From Eledone cirrhosa (Eukaryota), in the NCBI GenBank assembly GCA_964016885.1, contig OZ024757.1, positions 1,798,001 to 1,862,000 on the forward strand: a stretch of DNA of 64,000 bases. Reading direction: 5' to 3'. How positions within the stretch are numbered: the first letter of the stretch is position 1; the number at the start of each line of letters is the position of its first letter. The notes below the pieces were generated by a model. It had not been told where the DNA came from and made no database searches. It saw only the letters and a list, made by a program, of their open reading frames with translations. Made by a program: the position numbers and the translations under genes. This document shows, piece by piece, positions 14,601-31,357 of the stretch.

Positions 14601-17600
14601 AGGTAATACATACATCCAGGACTACATACAACACACAAGCAGGTAATACATACCTCTAGGACCACATACAACACAACAGCAGGTAATACACATATCTAGG
14701 ACCACATACAACACACAAGCAGATAATACACACATCTAGGATCACATACAACACACAAGCAGATAATACATACATCTAGGACCACATACAACACACAAGC
14801 AGGTAATACATACCTCTAGGACCACATACAACACAACAGCAGGTAATACACATATCTAGGACCACATACAACACAACAGCTGGTAATACACATATCTAGG
14901 ACCACATACAACACACAAGCAGGTAATACATACATCCAGGACCACATACAACACACAAGCAGGTAATACACACATCTAGGACCAAATACAACACAGCAGC
15001 AGGTAATACATACATCTAGGACCACATACAACGCACAAGCAGGTAATACACATATCTAGGACCACATACAACACACAAGCAGGTAATACATACATATAGG
15101 ACCACACAACACACAAGCAGGTAATACATACATCTAGGACAACATACAACACACAAGCAGGTAATACACACATCTAGGACCAAATACAACACAGCAGCAG
15201 GTAATACATACATCTAGGACCACATACAACACACAAGCAGGTAATATATACATCTAGGACCACATACAACACACAAGCAGGTAATATATACATCTAGGAC
15301 CACATACAACACACAAGCAGGTAATATATACATCTAGGACCACATATAATACATAAGCAGGTAATACACATATATAGGACCACATACAACACATAAGCAG
15401 TTAATACACATATCTAGGACCACATACAACACACAAGCAGGTAATACACACATATAGGACCACATACAACACACAAGCAGGTAATACACATATCTAGGAC
15501 CACATACAACACACAAGCAGGTAATACATACATCTAGGACCACATACAACACAACAGCAGGTAATACACATCTAGGACCACATACAACACACAAGCAGGT
15601 AATATATACATCTAGGACCACATACAACACACAAGCAGGTAATACATACATATAGGACCACACAACACACAAGCAGGTAATACATACATCTAGGACCACA
15701 TACAACACACAAGCAGGTAATACACATCTAGGACCAAATACAACACAGCAGCAGGTAATACATTCATCTAGGACCACATACAACACACAAGCAGGTAATA
15801 CATACATCCAGGACCACATACAACACACAAGCAGGTAATACATACATCTAGGACCACATACAACACAACAGCAGGTAATACACATATCTAGGACCACATA
15901 CAACACACAAGCAGGTAATACATACATCTAGGACCACATACAACACAACAGCAGGTAATACACATATCTAGGACCACATACAACACACAAGCAGGTAATA
16001 CATACATCTAGGACCACATACAACACAACAGCAGGTAATACACATATCTAGGACCACATACAACACACAAGCAGGTAATACATACATCTAGGACCAAATA
16101 CAACACACAAGCAGATAGTACATACATCTAGGACCACATACAACACACAAGCAGGTAATACATACATCCAGGACCACATACAACACACAAGCAGGTAATA
16201 CACACATCTAGGACCAAATACAACACAGCAGCAGGTAATACATACATCTAGGACCACATACAACACACAAGCAGGTAATACATACATCCAGGACTACATA
16301 CAACACACAAGCAGGTAATACATACCTCTAGGACCACATACAACACAACAGCAGGTAATACACATATCTAGGACCACATACAACACACAAGCAGATAATA
16401 CACACATTTAGGACCAAATACAACACAGCAGCAGGTAATACATACATCTAGGACCACATACAACACACAAGCAGGTAATACATACATCCAGGACCACATA
16501 CAACACACAAGCAGGTAATACATACATCTAGGACCACATACAACACAACAGCAGGTAATACACATATCTAGGACCACATACAACACACAAGCACGTAATA
16601 CATACATCCAGGACCACATACAACACACAAGCAGGTAATACACACATCTAGGACCAAATACAACACAGCAGCAGGTAATACATACATCTAGGACCACATA
16701 CAACACACAAGCAGGTAATACATACATCCAGGACTACATACAACACACAAGCAGGTAATACATACCTCTAGGACCACATACAACACAACAGCAGGTAATA
16801 CACATATCTAGGACCACATACAACACACAAGCAGATAATACACACATCTAGGATCACATACAACACACAAGCAGATAATACATACATCTAGGACCACATA
16901 CAACACCCAAGCAGGTAATACACACATCTAGGACTACATACAACACACAAGCAGGTAATACATACATCTAGGACCACATACAACCCACAAGCAGGTAATA
17001 CATACATCTAGGACCATATACAACACACAAGCAGGTAATACATACATCCAGGACCACATACAACACACAAGCAGGTAATACACACATCCAGGACCACATA
17101 CAACACACAAGCAGGTAATACATACATCCAGGACCACATACAACACACAAGCAGGTAATACATACATCTAGGACCACATACAACACACAAGCAGGTAATA
17201 CACATATCTAGGACCACATACAACGCACAAGCAGGTAATACATACATCCAGGACCACATACAACACACAAGCAGGTAATATATACATCTAGGACCATATA
17301 CAACACACAAGCAGGTAATATATACATCTAGGACCACATACAACACACAAGCAGGTAATAGATACATCTAGGACCACATATAATACATAAGCAGGTAATA
17401 CACATATATAGGACCACATACAACACATAAGCAGTTAATACACATATCTAGGACCACATACAACACACAAGCAGGTAATACACATATCTAGGACCACATA
17501 CAACACACAAGCAGGTAATACATACATCTAGGACCACATACAACACAACAGCAGGTAATATACATATCTAGGACCAAATACAACACAGCAGCAGGTAATA

Positions 17601-20600
17601 CATACATCTAGGACCACATACAACACACAAGCAGGTAATACATACATCCAGGACCACATACAACACACAATCAGGTAATACATACATCTAGGACCACATA
17701 CAACACAACAGCAGGTAATACACATATCTAGGACCACATACAACACACAAGCAGGTAATACATACATCCAGGACCACATACAACACACAAGCAGGTAATA
17801 CACACATCTAGGACCAAATACAACACAGCAGCAGGTAATACATACATCTAGGACCACATACAACCCACAAGCAGGTAATACACACATCTAGGACCAAATA
17901 CAACACAGCAGCAGGTAATACATACATCTAGGACCACATACAACACACAAGCAGGTAATACATACATCCAGGACTACATACAACACACAAGCAGGTAATA
18001 CATACCTCTAGGACCACATACAACACAACAGCAGGTAATACACATATCTAGGACCACATACAACACACAAGCAGATAATACACACATTTAGGACCAAATA
18101 CAACACAGCAGCAGGTAATACATACATCTAGGACCACATACAACACACAAGCAGGTAATACATACATCCAGGACCACATACAACACACAAGCAGGTAATA
18201 CATACATCTAGGACCACATACAACACAACAGCAGGTAATACACATATCTAGGACCACATACAACACACAAGCACGTAATACATACATCCAGGACCACATA
18301 CAACACACAAGCAGGTAATACACACATCTAGGACCAAATACAACACAGCAGCAGGTAATACATACATCTAGGACCACATACAACACACAAGCAGGTAATA
18401 CATACATCCAGGACTACATACAACACACAAGCAGGTAATACATACCTCTAGGACCACATACAACACAACAGCAGGTAATACACATATCTAGGACCACATA
18501 CAACACACAAGCAGATAATACACACATCTAGGATCACATACAACACACAAGCAGATAATACATACATCTAGGACCACATACAACACCCAAGCAGGTAATA
18601 CACACATCTAGGACTACATACAACACACAAGCAGGTAATACATACATCTAGGACCACATACAACCCACAAGCAGGTAATACATACATCTAGGACCATATA
18701 CAACACACAAGCAGGTAATACATACATCCAGGACCACATACAACACACAAGCAGGTAATACACACATCCAGGACCACATACAACACACAAGCAGGTAATA
18801 CATACATCCAGGACCACATACAACACACAAGCAGGTAATACATACATCTAGGACCACATACAACACACAAGCAGGTAATACACATATCTAGGACCACATA
18901 CAACGCACAAGCAGGTAATACATACATCCAGGACCACATACAACACACAAGCAGGTAATATATACATCTAGGACCATATACAACACACAAGCAGGTAATA
19001 TATACATCTAGGACCACATACAACACACAAGCAGGTAATAGATACATCTAGGACCACATATAATACATAAGCAGGTAATACACATATATAGGACCACATA
19101 CAACACATAAGCAGTTAATACACATATCTAGGACCACATACAACACACAAGCAGGTAATACACATATCTAGGACCACATACAACACACAAGCAGGTAATA
19201 CATACATCTAGGACCACATACAACACAACAGCAGGTAATATACATATCTAGGACCAAATACAACACAGCAGCAGGTAATACATACATCTAGGACCACATA
19301 CAACACACAAGCAGGTAATACATACATCCAGGACCACATACAACACACAATCAGGTAATACATACATCTAGGACCACATACAACACAACAGCAGGTAATA
19401 CACATATCTAGGACCACATACAACACACAAGCAGGTAATACATACATCCAGGACCACATACAACACACAAGCAGGTAATACACACATCTAGGACCAAATA
19501 CAACACAGCAGCAGGTAATACATACATCTAGGACCACATACAACCCACAAGCAGGTAATACACACATCTAGGACCACATACAACACACAAGCAGGTAATA
19601 CATACATCTAGGACCACATACAACCCAGAAGCAGGTAATACATACATCCAGGACCACATACAACACACAAGCAGGTAATACACATATCTAGGACCACATA
19701 CAACACACAAGCAGGTAATACATACATCCAGGAGCACATACAAGACACAAGCAGGTAATATATACATCTAGGACCACATACAACACACAAGCAAGTAATA
19801 TATACATTTAGGACCACATATAATACATAAGCAGGTAATACACATATATAGGACCACATACAACACATAAGCAGTTAATACACATATCTAGGACCACATA
19901 CAACACACAAGCAGGTAATACACACATATAGGACCACACAACACACAAGCAGGTAATACATACATCTAGGACAACATACAACACACAAGCAGGTAATACA
20001 CACATCTAGGACCAAATACAACACAGCAGCAGGTAATACATACATCTAGGACCACATACAACACACAAGCAGGTAATACATACCTCTAGGACCACATACA
20101 ACACAACAGCAGGTAATACACATATCTAGGACCACATACAACACAACAGCAGGTAATACACATATCTAGGACCACATACAACACACAAGCAGGTAATACA
20201 TACATCCAGGACCACATACAACACACAAGCAGGTAATACACACATCTAGGACCAAATACAACACAGCAGCAGGTAATACATACATCTAGGACCACATACA
20301 ACGCACAAGCAGGTAATACACATATCTAGGACCACATACAACACACAAGCAGGTAATACATACATATAGGACCACACAACACACAAGCAGGTAATACATA
20401 CATCTAGGACAACATACAACACACAAGCAGGTAATACACACATCTAGGACCAAATACAACACAGCAGCAGGTAATACATACATCTAGGACCACATACAAC
20501 ACACAAGCAGGTAATATATACATCTAGGACCACATACAACACACAAGCAGGTAATATATACATCTAGGACCACATACAACACACAAGCAGGTAATATATA

Positions 20601-23600
20601 CATCTAGGACCACATATAATACATAAGCAGGTAATACACATATATAGGACCACATACAACACATAAGCAGTTAATACACATATCTAGGACCACATACAAC
20701 ACACAAGCAGGTAATACACACATATAGGACCACATACAACCCACAAGCAGGTAATACACATATCTAGGATCACATACAACACACAAGCAGGTAATACATA
20801 CATCTAGGACCACATACAACACAACAGCAGGTAATACACATATCTAGGACCAAATACAACACAGCAGCAGGTAATACATACATCTAGGACCACATACAAC
20901 ACACAAGCAGGTAATACATACATCCAGGACCACATACAACACACAAGCAGGTAATACATACATCTAGGACCACATACAACACAACAGCAGGTAATACACA
21001 TATCTAGGACCACATACAACACACAAGCAGGTAATACATACATCCAGGACCACATACAACACACAAGCAGGTAATACACACATCTAGGACCAAATACAAC
21101 ACAGCAGCAGGTAATACATACATCTAGGACCACATACAACACACAAGCAGGTAATACATACATCCAGGACTACATACAACACACAAGCAGGTAATACATA
21201 CCTCTAGGACCACATACAACACAACAGCAGGTAATACACATATCTAGGATCACATACAACACACAAGCAGATAATACATACATCTAGGACCACATACAAC
21301 CCACAAGCAGGTAATACACACATCTAGGACCACATACAACACACAAGCAGGTAATACATACATCTAGGACCACATACAACCCACAAGCAGGTCATACATA
21401 CATCCAGGACCACATACAACACACAAGCAGGTAATACACACATACAACACACAAGCAGGTAATACACATATCTAGGACCACATACAACACACAAGCAGGT
21501 AATACATACATCCAGGACCACATACAAGACACAAGCAGGTAATATATACATCTAGGACCACATACAACACACAAGCAGGTAATATATACATCTAGGACCA
21601 CATATAATACATAAGCAGGTAATACACATATATAGGACCACATACAACACATAAGCAGTTAATACACATATCTAGGACCACATACAACACACAAGCAGGT
21701 AATACACACATATAGGACCACATACAACGCACAAGCAGGTAATACACATATCTAGGACCACATACAACACACAAGCAGGTAATACATACATATAGGACCA
21801 CACAACACACAAGCAGGTAATACATACATCTAGGACAACATACAACACGCAAGCAGGTAATACACACATCTAGGACCAAATACAACACAGCAGCAGGTAA
21901 TACATACATCTAGGACCACATACAACACACAAGCAGGTAATACATACCTCTAGGACCACATACAACACAACAGCAGGTAATACACATATCTAGGACCACA
22001 TACAACACACAAGCAGATAATACACACATCTAGGATCACATACAACACACAAGCAGATAATACATACATCTAGGACCACATACAACCCACAAGCAGGTAA
22101 TAAATACATCTAGGACCACATACAACACACAAGCAGCTAATAAATACATCTAGGACCACATACAACACACAAGCAGCTAATAAATACATCTAGGACCACA
22201 TACAACACACAAGCAGGTAATACATACATCTAGGACCACATACAACCCAGAAGCAGGTAATACATACATCCAGGACCACATACAACACACAAGCAGGTAA
22301 TACACACATACAACACACAAGCAGGTAATACACATATCTAGGACCACATACAACACACAAGCAGGTAATACATACATCCAGGACCACATACAAGACACAA
22401 GCAGGTAATATATACATCTAGGACCACATACAACACACAAGCAAGTAATATATACATTTAGGACCACATATAATACATAAGCAGGTAATACACATATATA
22501 GGACCACATACAACACATAAGCAGTTAATACACATATCTAGGACCACATACAACACACAAGCAGGTAATACACACATATAGGACCACACAACACACAAGC
22601 AGGTAATACATACATCTAGGACAACATACAACACACAAGCAGGTAATACACACATCTAGGACCAAATACAACACAGCAGCAGGTAATACATACATCTAGG
22701 ACCACATACAACACACAAGCAGGTAATACATACCTCTAGGACCACATACAACACAACAGCAGGTAATACACATATCTAGGACCACATACAACACAACAGC
22801 AGGTAATACACATATCTAGGACCACATACAACACACAAGCAGGTAATACATACATCCAGGACCACATACAACACACAAGCAGGTAATACACACATCTAGG
22901 ACCAAATACAACACAGCAGCAGGTAATACATACATCTAGGACCACATACAACGCACAAGCAGGTAATACACATATCTAGGACCACATACAACACACAAGC
23001 AGGTAATACATACATATAGGACCACACAACACACAAGCAGGTAATACATACATCTAGGACAACATACAACACACAAGCAGGTAATACACACATCTAGGAC
23101 CAAATACAACACAGCAGCAGGTAATACATACATCTAGGACCACATACAACACACAAGCAGGTAATATATACATCTAGGACCACATACAACACACAAGCAG
23201 GTAATATATACATCTAGGACCACATACAACACACAAGCAGGTAATATATACATCTAGGACCACATATAATACATAAGCAGGTAATACACATATATAGGAC
23301 CACATACAACACATAAGCAGTTAATACACATATCTAGGACCACATACAACACACAAGCAGGTAATACACACATATAGGACCACATACAACCCACAAGCAG
23401 GTAATACACATATCTAGGATCACATACAACACACAAGCAGGTAATACATACATCTAGGACCACATACAACACAACAGCAGGTAATACACATATCTAGGAC
23501 CAAATACAACACAGCAGCAGGTAATACATACATCTAGGACCACATACAACACACAAGCAGGTAATACATACATCCAGGACCACATACAACACACAAGCAG

Positions 23601-26600
23601 GTAATACATACATCTAGGACCACATACAACACAACAGCAGGTAATACACATATCTAGGACCACATACAACACACAAGCAGGTAATACATACATCCAGGAC
23701 CACATACAACACACAAGCAGGTAATACACACATCTAGGACCAAATACAACACAGCAGCAGGTAATACATACATCTAGGACCACATACAACACACAAGCAG
23801 GTAATACATACATCCAGGACTACATACAACACACAAGCAGGTAATACATACCTCTAGGACCACATACAACACAACAGCAGGTAATACACATATCTAGGAT
23901 CACATACAACACACAAGCAGATAATACATACATCTAGGACCACATACAACCCACAAGCAGGTAATACACACATCTAGGACCACATACAACACACAAGCAG
24001 GTAATACATACATCTAGGACCACATACAACCCACAAGCAGGTCATACATACATCCAGGACCACATACAACACACAAGCAGGTAATACACACATACAACAC
24101 ACAAGCAGGTAATACACATATCTAGGACCACATACAACACACAAGCAGGTAATACATACATCCAGGACCACATACAAGACACAAGCAGGTAATATATACA
24201 TCTAGGACCACATACAACACACAAGCAGGTAATATATACATCTAGGACCACATATAATACATAAGCAGGTAATACACATATATAGGACCACATACAACAC
24301 ATAAGCAGTTAATACACATATCTAGGACCACATACAACACACAAGCAGGTAATACACACATATAGGACCACATACAACGCACAAGCAGGTAATACACATA
24401 TCTAGGACCACATACAACACACAAGCAGGTAATACATACATATAGGACCACACAACACACAAGCAGGTAATACATACATCTAGGACAACATACAACACGC
24501 AAGCAGGTAATACACACATCTAGGACCAAATACAACACAGCAGCAGGTAATACATACATCTAGGACCACATACAACACACAAGCAGGTAATACATACCTC
24601 TAGGACCACATACAACACAACAGCAGGTAATACACATATCTAGGACCACATACAACACACAAGCAGATAATACACACATCTAGGATCACATACAACACAC
24701 AAGCAGATAATACATACATCTAGGACCACATACAACCCACAAGCAGGTAATAAATACATCTAGGACCACATACAACACACAAGCAGCTAATAAATACATC
24801 TAGGACCACATACAACACACAAGCAGCTAATAAATACATCTAGGACCACATACAACACACAAGCAGGTAATACACACATATAGGACCACACAACACACAA
24901 CCAGGTAATACACATATCTAGGACCACATACAACACACAAGCAGGTAATACATACATATAGGACCACACAACATACAAGCAGGTAATACATACATCTAGG
25001 ACCACATACAACACACAAGCAGGTAATACACACATCTAGGACCAAATACAACACAGCAGCAGGTAATACATACATCTAGGACCACATACAACACACAAGC
25101 AGGTAATACATACATCCAGGACCACATACAACACACAAGCAGGTAATACATACATCTAGGACCACATACAACACAACAGCAGGTAATACACATATCTAGG
25201 ACCACATACAACACACAAGCAGGTAATACATACATGTAGGACCACATACAACACACAAGCAGGTAATACATACATCTAGGACCACATACAACACAACAGC
25301 AGGTAATACACATATCTAGGACCACATACAACACACAAGCAGGTAATACATACATCTAGGACCACATACAACACAACAGCAGGTAATACACATATCTAGG
25401 ACCACATACAACACACAAGCAGGTAATACATACATCTAGGACCAAATACAACACACAAGCAGATAGTACATACATCTAGGACCACATACAACACACAAGC
25501 AGGTAATACATACATCCAGGACCACATACAACACACAAGCAGGTAATACACACATCTAGGACCAAATACAACACAGCAGCAGGTAATACATACATCTAGG
25601 ACCACATACAACACACAAGCAGGTAATACATACATCCAGGACTACATACAACACACAAGCAGGTAATACATACCTCTAGGACCACATACAACACAACAGC
25701 AGGTAATACACATATCTAGGACCACATACAACACACAAGCAGATAATACACACATCTAGGATCACATACAACACACAGGCAGATAATACATACATCTAGG
25801 ACCACATACAACACACAAGCAGGTAATACACACATCTAGGACTACATACAACACACAAGCAGGTAATACATATATCTAGGACCACAAGCAGGTAATAAAT
25901 ACATCTAGGACCACATACAACACACAAGCAGGTAATAAATACATCTAGGACCACATACAACACACAAGCAGTTAATAAATACATCTAGGACCACATACAA
26001 CACACAAGCAGGTAATACACACATCTAGGACCACATACAACACAACAGCAGGTAATACACATATCTAGGACCACATACAACACACAACCAAGTAATACAC
26101 ATATCTAGGACCACATACCACACACAAGCAGGTAATACAAACATCTAGGACCACATACAACACACAAGCAGGTAATATACACATCTAGGACCACATACCA
26201 CACACAACCAGGTAATACACATATCTAGGACCACATACAACACACAACCAGGTAATACACATATCTAGGACCACATACAACACACGAGCAGGTAATACAT
26301 ACATCTAGGGCCACATACAACACACAAGCAGGTAATACATACATCTAGGACCACATACAACACACAAGCAGGTAATACACACATCTAGGACCACATACAA
26401 CACACAAGCAGGTAATACATACATCTAGGACCACATACAACACACAACCAGGTAATACATACATCTAGGGCCACATACAACACACAAGCAGGTAATACAT
26501 ACATCTAGGACCACATACAACACACAAGCAGGTAATACACACATCTAGGACCACATACAACACACAACCAGGTAATACATACATCTAGGACCACATACAA

Positions 26601-26682
26601 CACACAACCAGGTAATACATACATCTAGGGCCACATACAACACACAAGCAGGTAATACACACATCTAGGACCACATACAACA
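8674..26682. repeat. ~18 kb satellite array of a 40-bp monomer (~450 units) with higher-order duplications
   Basis: Consensus ctaggaccacatacaacacacaagcaggtaatacatacat, with variant and 38-bp deletion monomers. Identical blocks recur at offsets 1234, 1680 and 2650 bp. Confidence 0.98.
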
Positions 26683-27012
26683 AAAGGCAAACGAAAAGGG
26701 GTGGACAAACGAACCACTGCCAGAGCAAAAGATAACAATATTGCGAGGAGTACTGGGAAACCTCTCTAATAGTTTTTGAGGCAAGCCAGCACGTTGGCTG
26801 TGTTACCTCAGGTGATGGCGAGGCTGAGATTCTGGAACAACCCAGCGCCCTCACAAGCATCACCAGTTACCTCTGTTAGGTGAGCCACCAGTGAAGATAA
26901 GAACCTTGCAGTCAGTAGCCCGACTCCCCCAAACATCTCAAATGCCACTGGCTGGAAAATGTGGTTAGCCAACAGAACACGGTATTAAATATAGTTGATT
27001 ATAATTTTGTAG

Positions 27013-27060
27013 GTGAAAAATGGTCATCAAATTATTTGTTGCTGTTGTTGTAATGTGGAG
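27013..27060 (+). other. Candidate 48-nt internal exon (possibly 5' UTR of the downstream TOR1AIP-like gene)
   Basis: ttttgtAG|gtgaaaaatgg...tgtggag|GTAAGT: canonical acceptor and a perfect donor in non-repetitive-looking sequence. Confidence 0.35.
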
Positions 27061-27214
27061 GTAAGTATTAACAGATTGGGAAGACCAGTGGGAACATTGT
27101 TCCCTTGGTCCAATCTGATGAGTTCTACCCCAACTCAATAAGTGAGGTTTGGCACAAGGCCAGCAATTTCAGAGTAGATTTTGTGGTAGAGCCTTATAGC
27201 TGTGGAGACTGCTG

Positions 27215-27485
27215 ATGTTCTTCCCCTTTCCTGGGTCACACCCCTACTGACTGTTATTGGGGCAGAGCTGACCACCCCCAGACCACACCCCTACTGACTG
27301 TTGTTGGGGCAGAGCTGACCCCCCCCCCCACCTACTGATTCCTATTATTGGGGCAGAGCTGACCCCCCCCTCCTACTGACTGTTATTGGGGCAGAGCTGA
27401 CCACCCCCAGACCTCACCCCTACTGACTTATTGGGGCAGAGCTGACCCCCCCCCCCCTCTACTGACTGCTATTGGAGCAGAGCCA
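27215..27485. repeat. Imperfect ~40-55-bp GC-rich minisatellite
   Basis: Recurring ctactgactgttattggggcagagctgacccccc. Confidence 0.85.
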
Positions 27486-27709
27486 AGTTGGCTATCCCAC
27501 GCAAGGGTGAGATCCATGAGGTGGGCTGGCTGTTTCCAGTGCGTCTCCGTCTCTGGAGGAGGGAATGTATTCTCCAACCTGCCGGGACCAGGAGGCGGAG
27601 GTTAAGTCAGGGGGGGAGGGGATACTTATTCGGACGTCACATCTCCTCCTCTTCTTTCTAGAAATTATTTCTGGAAAGAAGTTTCTTACTTACTTACATA
27701 TATTCATAT

Positions 27710-27746
<37 letters not shown>

Positions 27747-27794
27747 CATACATATATTCATATACACATATATATATATATATATACACATACA

Positions 27795-30700
27795 GCACAG
27801 CATCTTATTCAGCACAGCATCTCTCCACTCGTCACGGTCCCTCGTCATCTCCACCGTGAGCTTCAATGATCTGAGGTCTGTTCTCACCACCTCCGCCCAT
27901 GTTTTTCGTGGTCTACCTCTACCACGTCTTCCTTCAACTGGCATTTCCTGGCACTTCTTCACCCATCGGTCATCCTCCATGCGCATCACATGTCCATACC
28001 ACCTCAGTCTCCTCTCCCGTACACTACATTCTATCCCTCTCAGACACAGTTTCTCTCTCAACACATTTATGCTGGGTCGTTCACGCACATTTACACTGCA
28101 CATCCAACGGAGCATGCTTGCCTCATTTCTCTCCAGCCGTCGCATATCCTCTGCGGTTGCTGCCCATGTCTCACTACCATGCAGCATCGCGCTCCTCACA
28201 CAGGCATCATACAACCGGCCTTTCGTACGCAGGGAGAAACCCTTCTTTGTCAACAGAGGAAGCAGCTCCCTAAACTTCTTCTATCCTATCCTTATTCTAG
28301 ATACTATGGCCTCGGACCCCCCCCCCCCCTGCTATGCTAATCTGATCTCCTAGGTACCGGAAGCTATCCACCACTTCTATAGCGCCCTCTCGCATTTGAA
28401 AAACGTGTCTATCAGTGCGACTTCTACTGTCTAATTTCCCTGTACATCTACTGCATACATATTTCTCCCTACCTGTTAGTTTGCCTGCTATCCCGCTACA
28501 TCTCTTGTGTACCCAGGACCTGCATTGTGTGCATTTTATAGAATTTATGCCAGTTCCTTTTCTGCATATCGAACATGGCCATTTCCCTGACGGAATCAGG
28601 GTTTTGTCCTCTTTTCTACTCATCAACACTTTTGTCTTAGCTAGATTTACTCTCAGTCCTCTTGCTTCCAACTGCTGTTTCCATAGCCGGAATTTATTCT
28701 CTAGCTCCTCTATTGATTCTGCTATAAGAGCCAGATCGTCAGCGTAGAGAAGTTCCCATGGACAGCCAGTCTTAAACTCCTCTGTTATGGCTTGGAGGAC
28801 TATAATGAACAAGAGCGGGCTGAGGACCGAACCCTGATGTACTTCTACTTGTATCTGGAATTCCTCACTAAACTCCATTCCTACCCTGACTTTACTGAGA
28901 GTACCTCTGTACAAAGTTTGCACTGTCCTCACAAGCCATTCCTCAACACCTAGCTTCCGTAGGGACCACCAGATGACAGATCGGGGTACCCTATCAAAGG
29001 CCTTCTCTAGGTCAACAAAGGCTAAGTATAGTGGCTTATTCTTCTCTAAGAACCTCTCTTGCATTTGTCTCACCAAGAAGAGGGCATCTGTTGTACTCTT
29101 CCCAGGCACAAAACCAAACTGCATCTCATCTAGTTTGACCCTTTCTCTAATTAGTTGTGCTAAAATCCTTTCTGCCACTTTCATAACCTGATCTATCAGT
29201 TTTATACCCCTATAATTGCTCCTCTCCAAAGCATCCCCTTTACCTTTGTAGCAATTTATGAGAATACTGCTGCACCAGTCTTTGGGTATGACACCACCAT
29301 ATATAGCCTGATTGATGATGCGTGCAACCAGTTTAGTGCCTACGTCCCCTGATGCCTTCAGCATCTCAGCAACTATTCCCGATGGTCCGGCCGCCTTACC
29401 ATTTTTCATTTCCCTAATCGCCTCTTGGACCCTATATTCGTCAATCTCAATAGCTGGTCCCTCTGTCGGATCTACCAAGGGTAATTTCTCTCTCTCCCAT
29501 TCGTTCTCCACATTCATCAGTCTCTCATAATGACATTTCCAGGCCTCCTTTTTCTGGTCATTCGTGACACTAAGTACACCGGCATCATCCCGGACACATT
29601 TATCACCAACAACATCCTGATTTGCATTGACACACTGCCTTGCAATGTGGAACACCGCACGCCTCTGATCTTCCCGTCGCAGAACATTGGCAAACCTCCT
29701 ACTCTCTGCCTCCCTGCGTGCTAAGTACACCTGACGTCTAGCTTCTCTCTTAGTGGCTGTATATTCTTCCCTACTCCCACCCTTATTCCAAGCCTTCCAT
29801 GCTAGTCTTTTGTCTCTAATAGCCTTATCTACACTGCTGTTCCACCACCAGGTCACTCTCTGTCTGGTTGGAGCTCTGCTCCAGCCACAGGTTTCATCAG
29901 TAGCCTTCAGCAAGTTGTCACGTAAGAACTTCCAGTTATTATCTATGTCATACGTCTCTAAATCGTCTTCTTTTTCGTCATATACATCTTGAAGGGCTTT
30001 CCTAAATTTGAATTTTAGTGAAAGGTCTTTTAGCTTCCAGATCTTTCTTCTCCACACCTTCCTATATGTCTCATTCCATCTCTTGCTTACTGAGATATCA
30101 CTAACAACTAACCTATGCTGTGGGGTACATTCTTCCCCAGGGTATGCCTTGGTATTAGACACTATCTGCCTGTCCCGCTGCCTAACTAGCAGGAAGTCAA
30201 TCTGGCTTATGTGCTCACCAGATTTGTAGGTTATTAGGTGATTGGCAGGTTTCTGGAAGTTTGTGTTGCAAATAGTCAATGTACTCGCATCACAAAATTC
30301 AAGAAGTCTCACTCCTTCTTCATTTCTTGAACCGTAACCGTGCCCACCATGTACCCCAGTGTAACCATCCTGGAGCTGTCCAACATGACCATTGAAGTCT
30401 CCTGCTAGCATAACGATGTCTCCGTCCTCTGTCATTGTGGTTGTTTGCAAAAGTTGCTCATAAAAGCAGTCTTTCTCATCTTTGCCTAGGCCTGCTTGGG
30501 GAGCATAGACCGAGATGATTGTCAGTAGTCTCCTACCTACAACTAATCTAAGCTTAATTATTCGATTACTAACTCGAACTACCTCTATTGTCTTATTGAT
30601 CCATTTCTCAGCCAGGAAAATGCCTACTCCCCCTAACCCATCATCCTTACCTACCCAGAATAGCTTATAGCTAAGACGCTTGCCTACGACTAGTCTCGCA

Positions 30701-30845
30701 GAGGCACCTCTCCATCTCACCTCTTGCACGCAGCACTCATCCACCTGCCTTCTCTCCAGCATCTCCGCTATTTCAGCAGATCTACCTCTGAGAGTGCCAA
30801 CATTAAGTGTTGCAACTCTGAGATGCGACGTCTTCATATTTTGTT
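27795..30845 (-). mobile_element. Near-intact RTE-clade LINE family A (APE, RT, PHD-like Cys/His finger); 846-aa ORF 28297-30837
   Basis: Motifs TLNVGTL, VQEVRW, ISVYAPQ, GDFNGHVG, QHRLVV, NYRGIKL, MQFGFVPGKST, FVDLEKAFDRV, QGSVLSP, LLYADD, FRYLG, then LRWYGHVMRM and RGRPRKTW. Frameshift at a poly-G (28317-28329) and a TAG at 28281-28283. Confidence 0.95.
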
Positions 30846-30859
30846 GTTGTTCCTATGCT

Positions 30860-31357
30860 GTTTATATATATATATATATACACATACATACATATATTCA
30901 TATACACATACATGCATATAAATATATACACATACTTACAGACATATATATATATATATATATATACATACATACATATATTCATATACGCACACATATA
31001 TATATACACATACATGCATATAAATATATACACATACCTACATACATATATATATATATATACATATATACATATATTCATATACACATACATATATATA
31101 TATACACATACATACATATTTTCATATACACATACATGCATATAAATATATACACATACCTACATACATATATATATATATATACATATATACATATATT
31201 CATATACACATACATATATATATATATACACATACATACATATTTTCATATACACATACATACATATATATACACATACATACATATAAATATATACACA
31301 TACTTACATATATATACATACATATACACATATATATATATATATACATATATATAC
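30860..31357. repeat. Compound (TA)n/(TACA)n microsatellite
   Basis: Direct reading. Confidence 0.95.

Noticed and set aside
8674-26682. Dozens of Cys/Val/Tyr-rich minus-strand ORFs, and a superficial CRISPR-like periodicity
   Set aside because: These are translations of a 40-bp satellite. There are no unique spacers and no cas genes, and the context is eukaryotic.
27565-28353. 262-aa plus-strand ORF and other ORFs antisense to LINEs
   Set aside because: Antisense frames of RTE coding sequence plus microsatellite.
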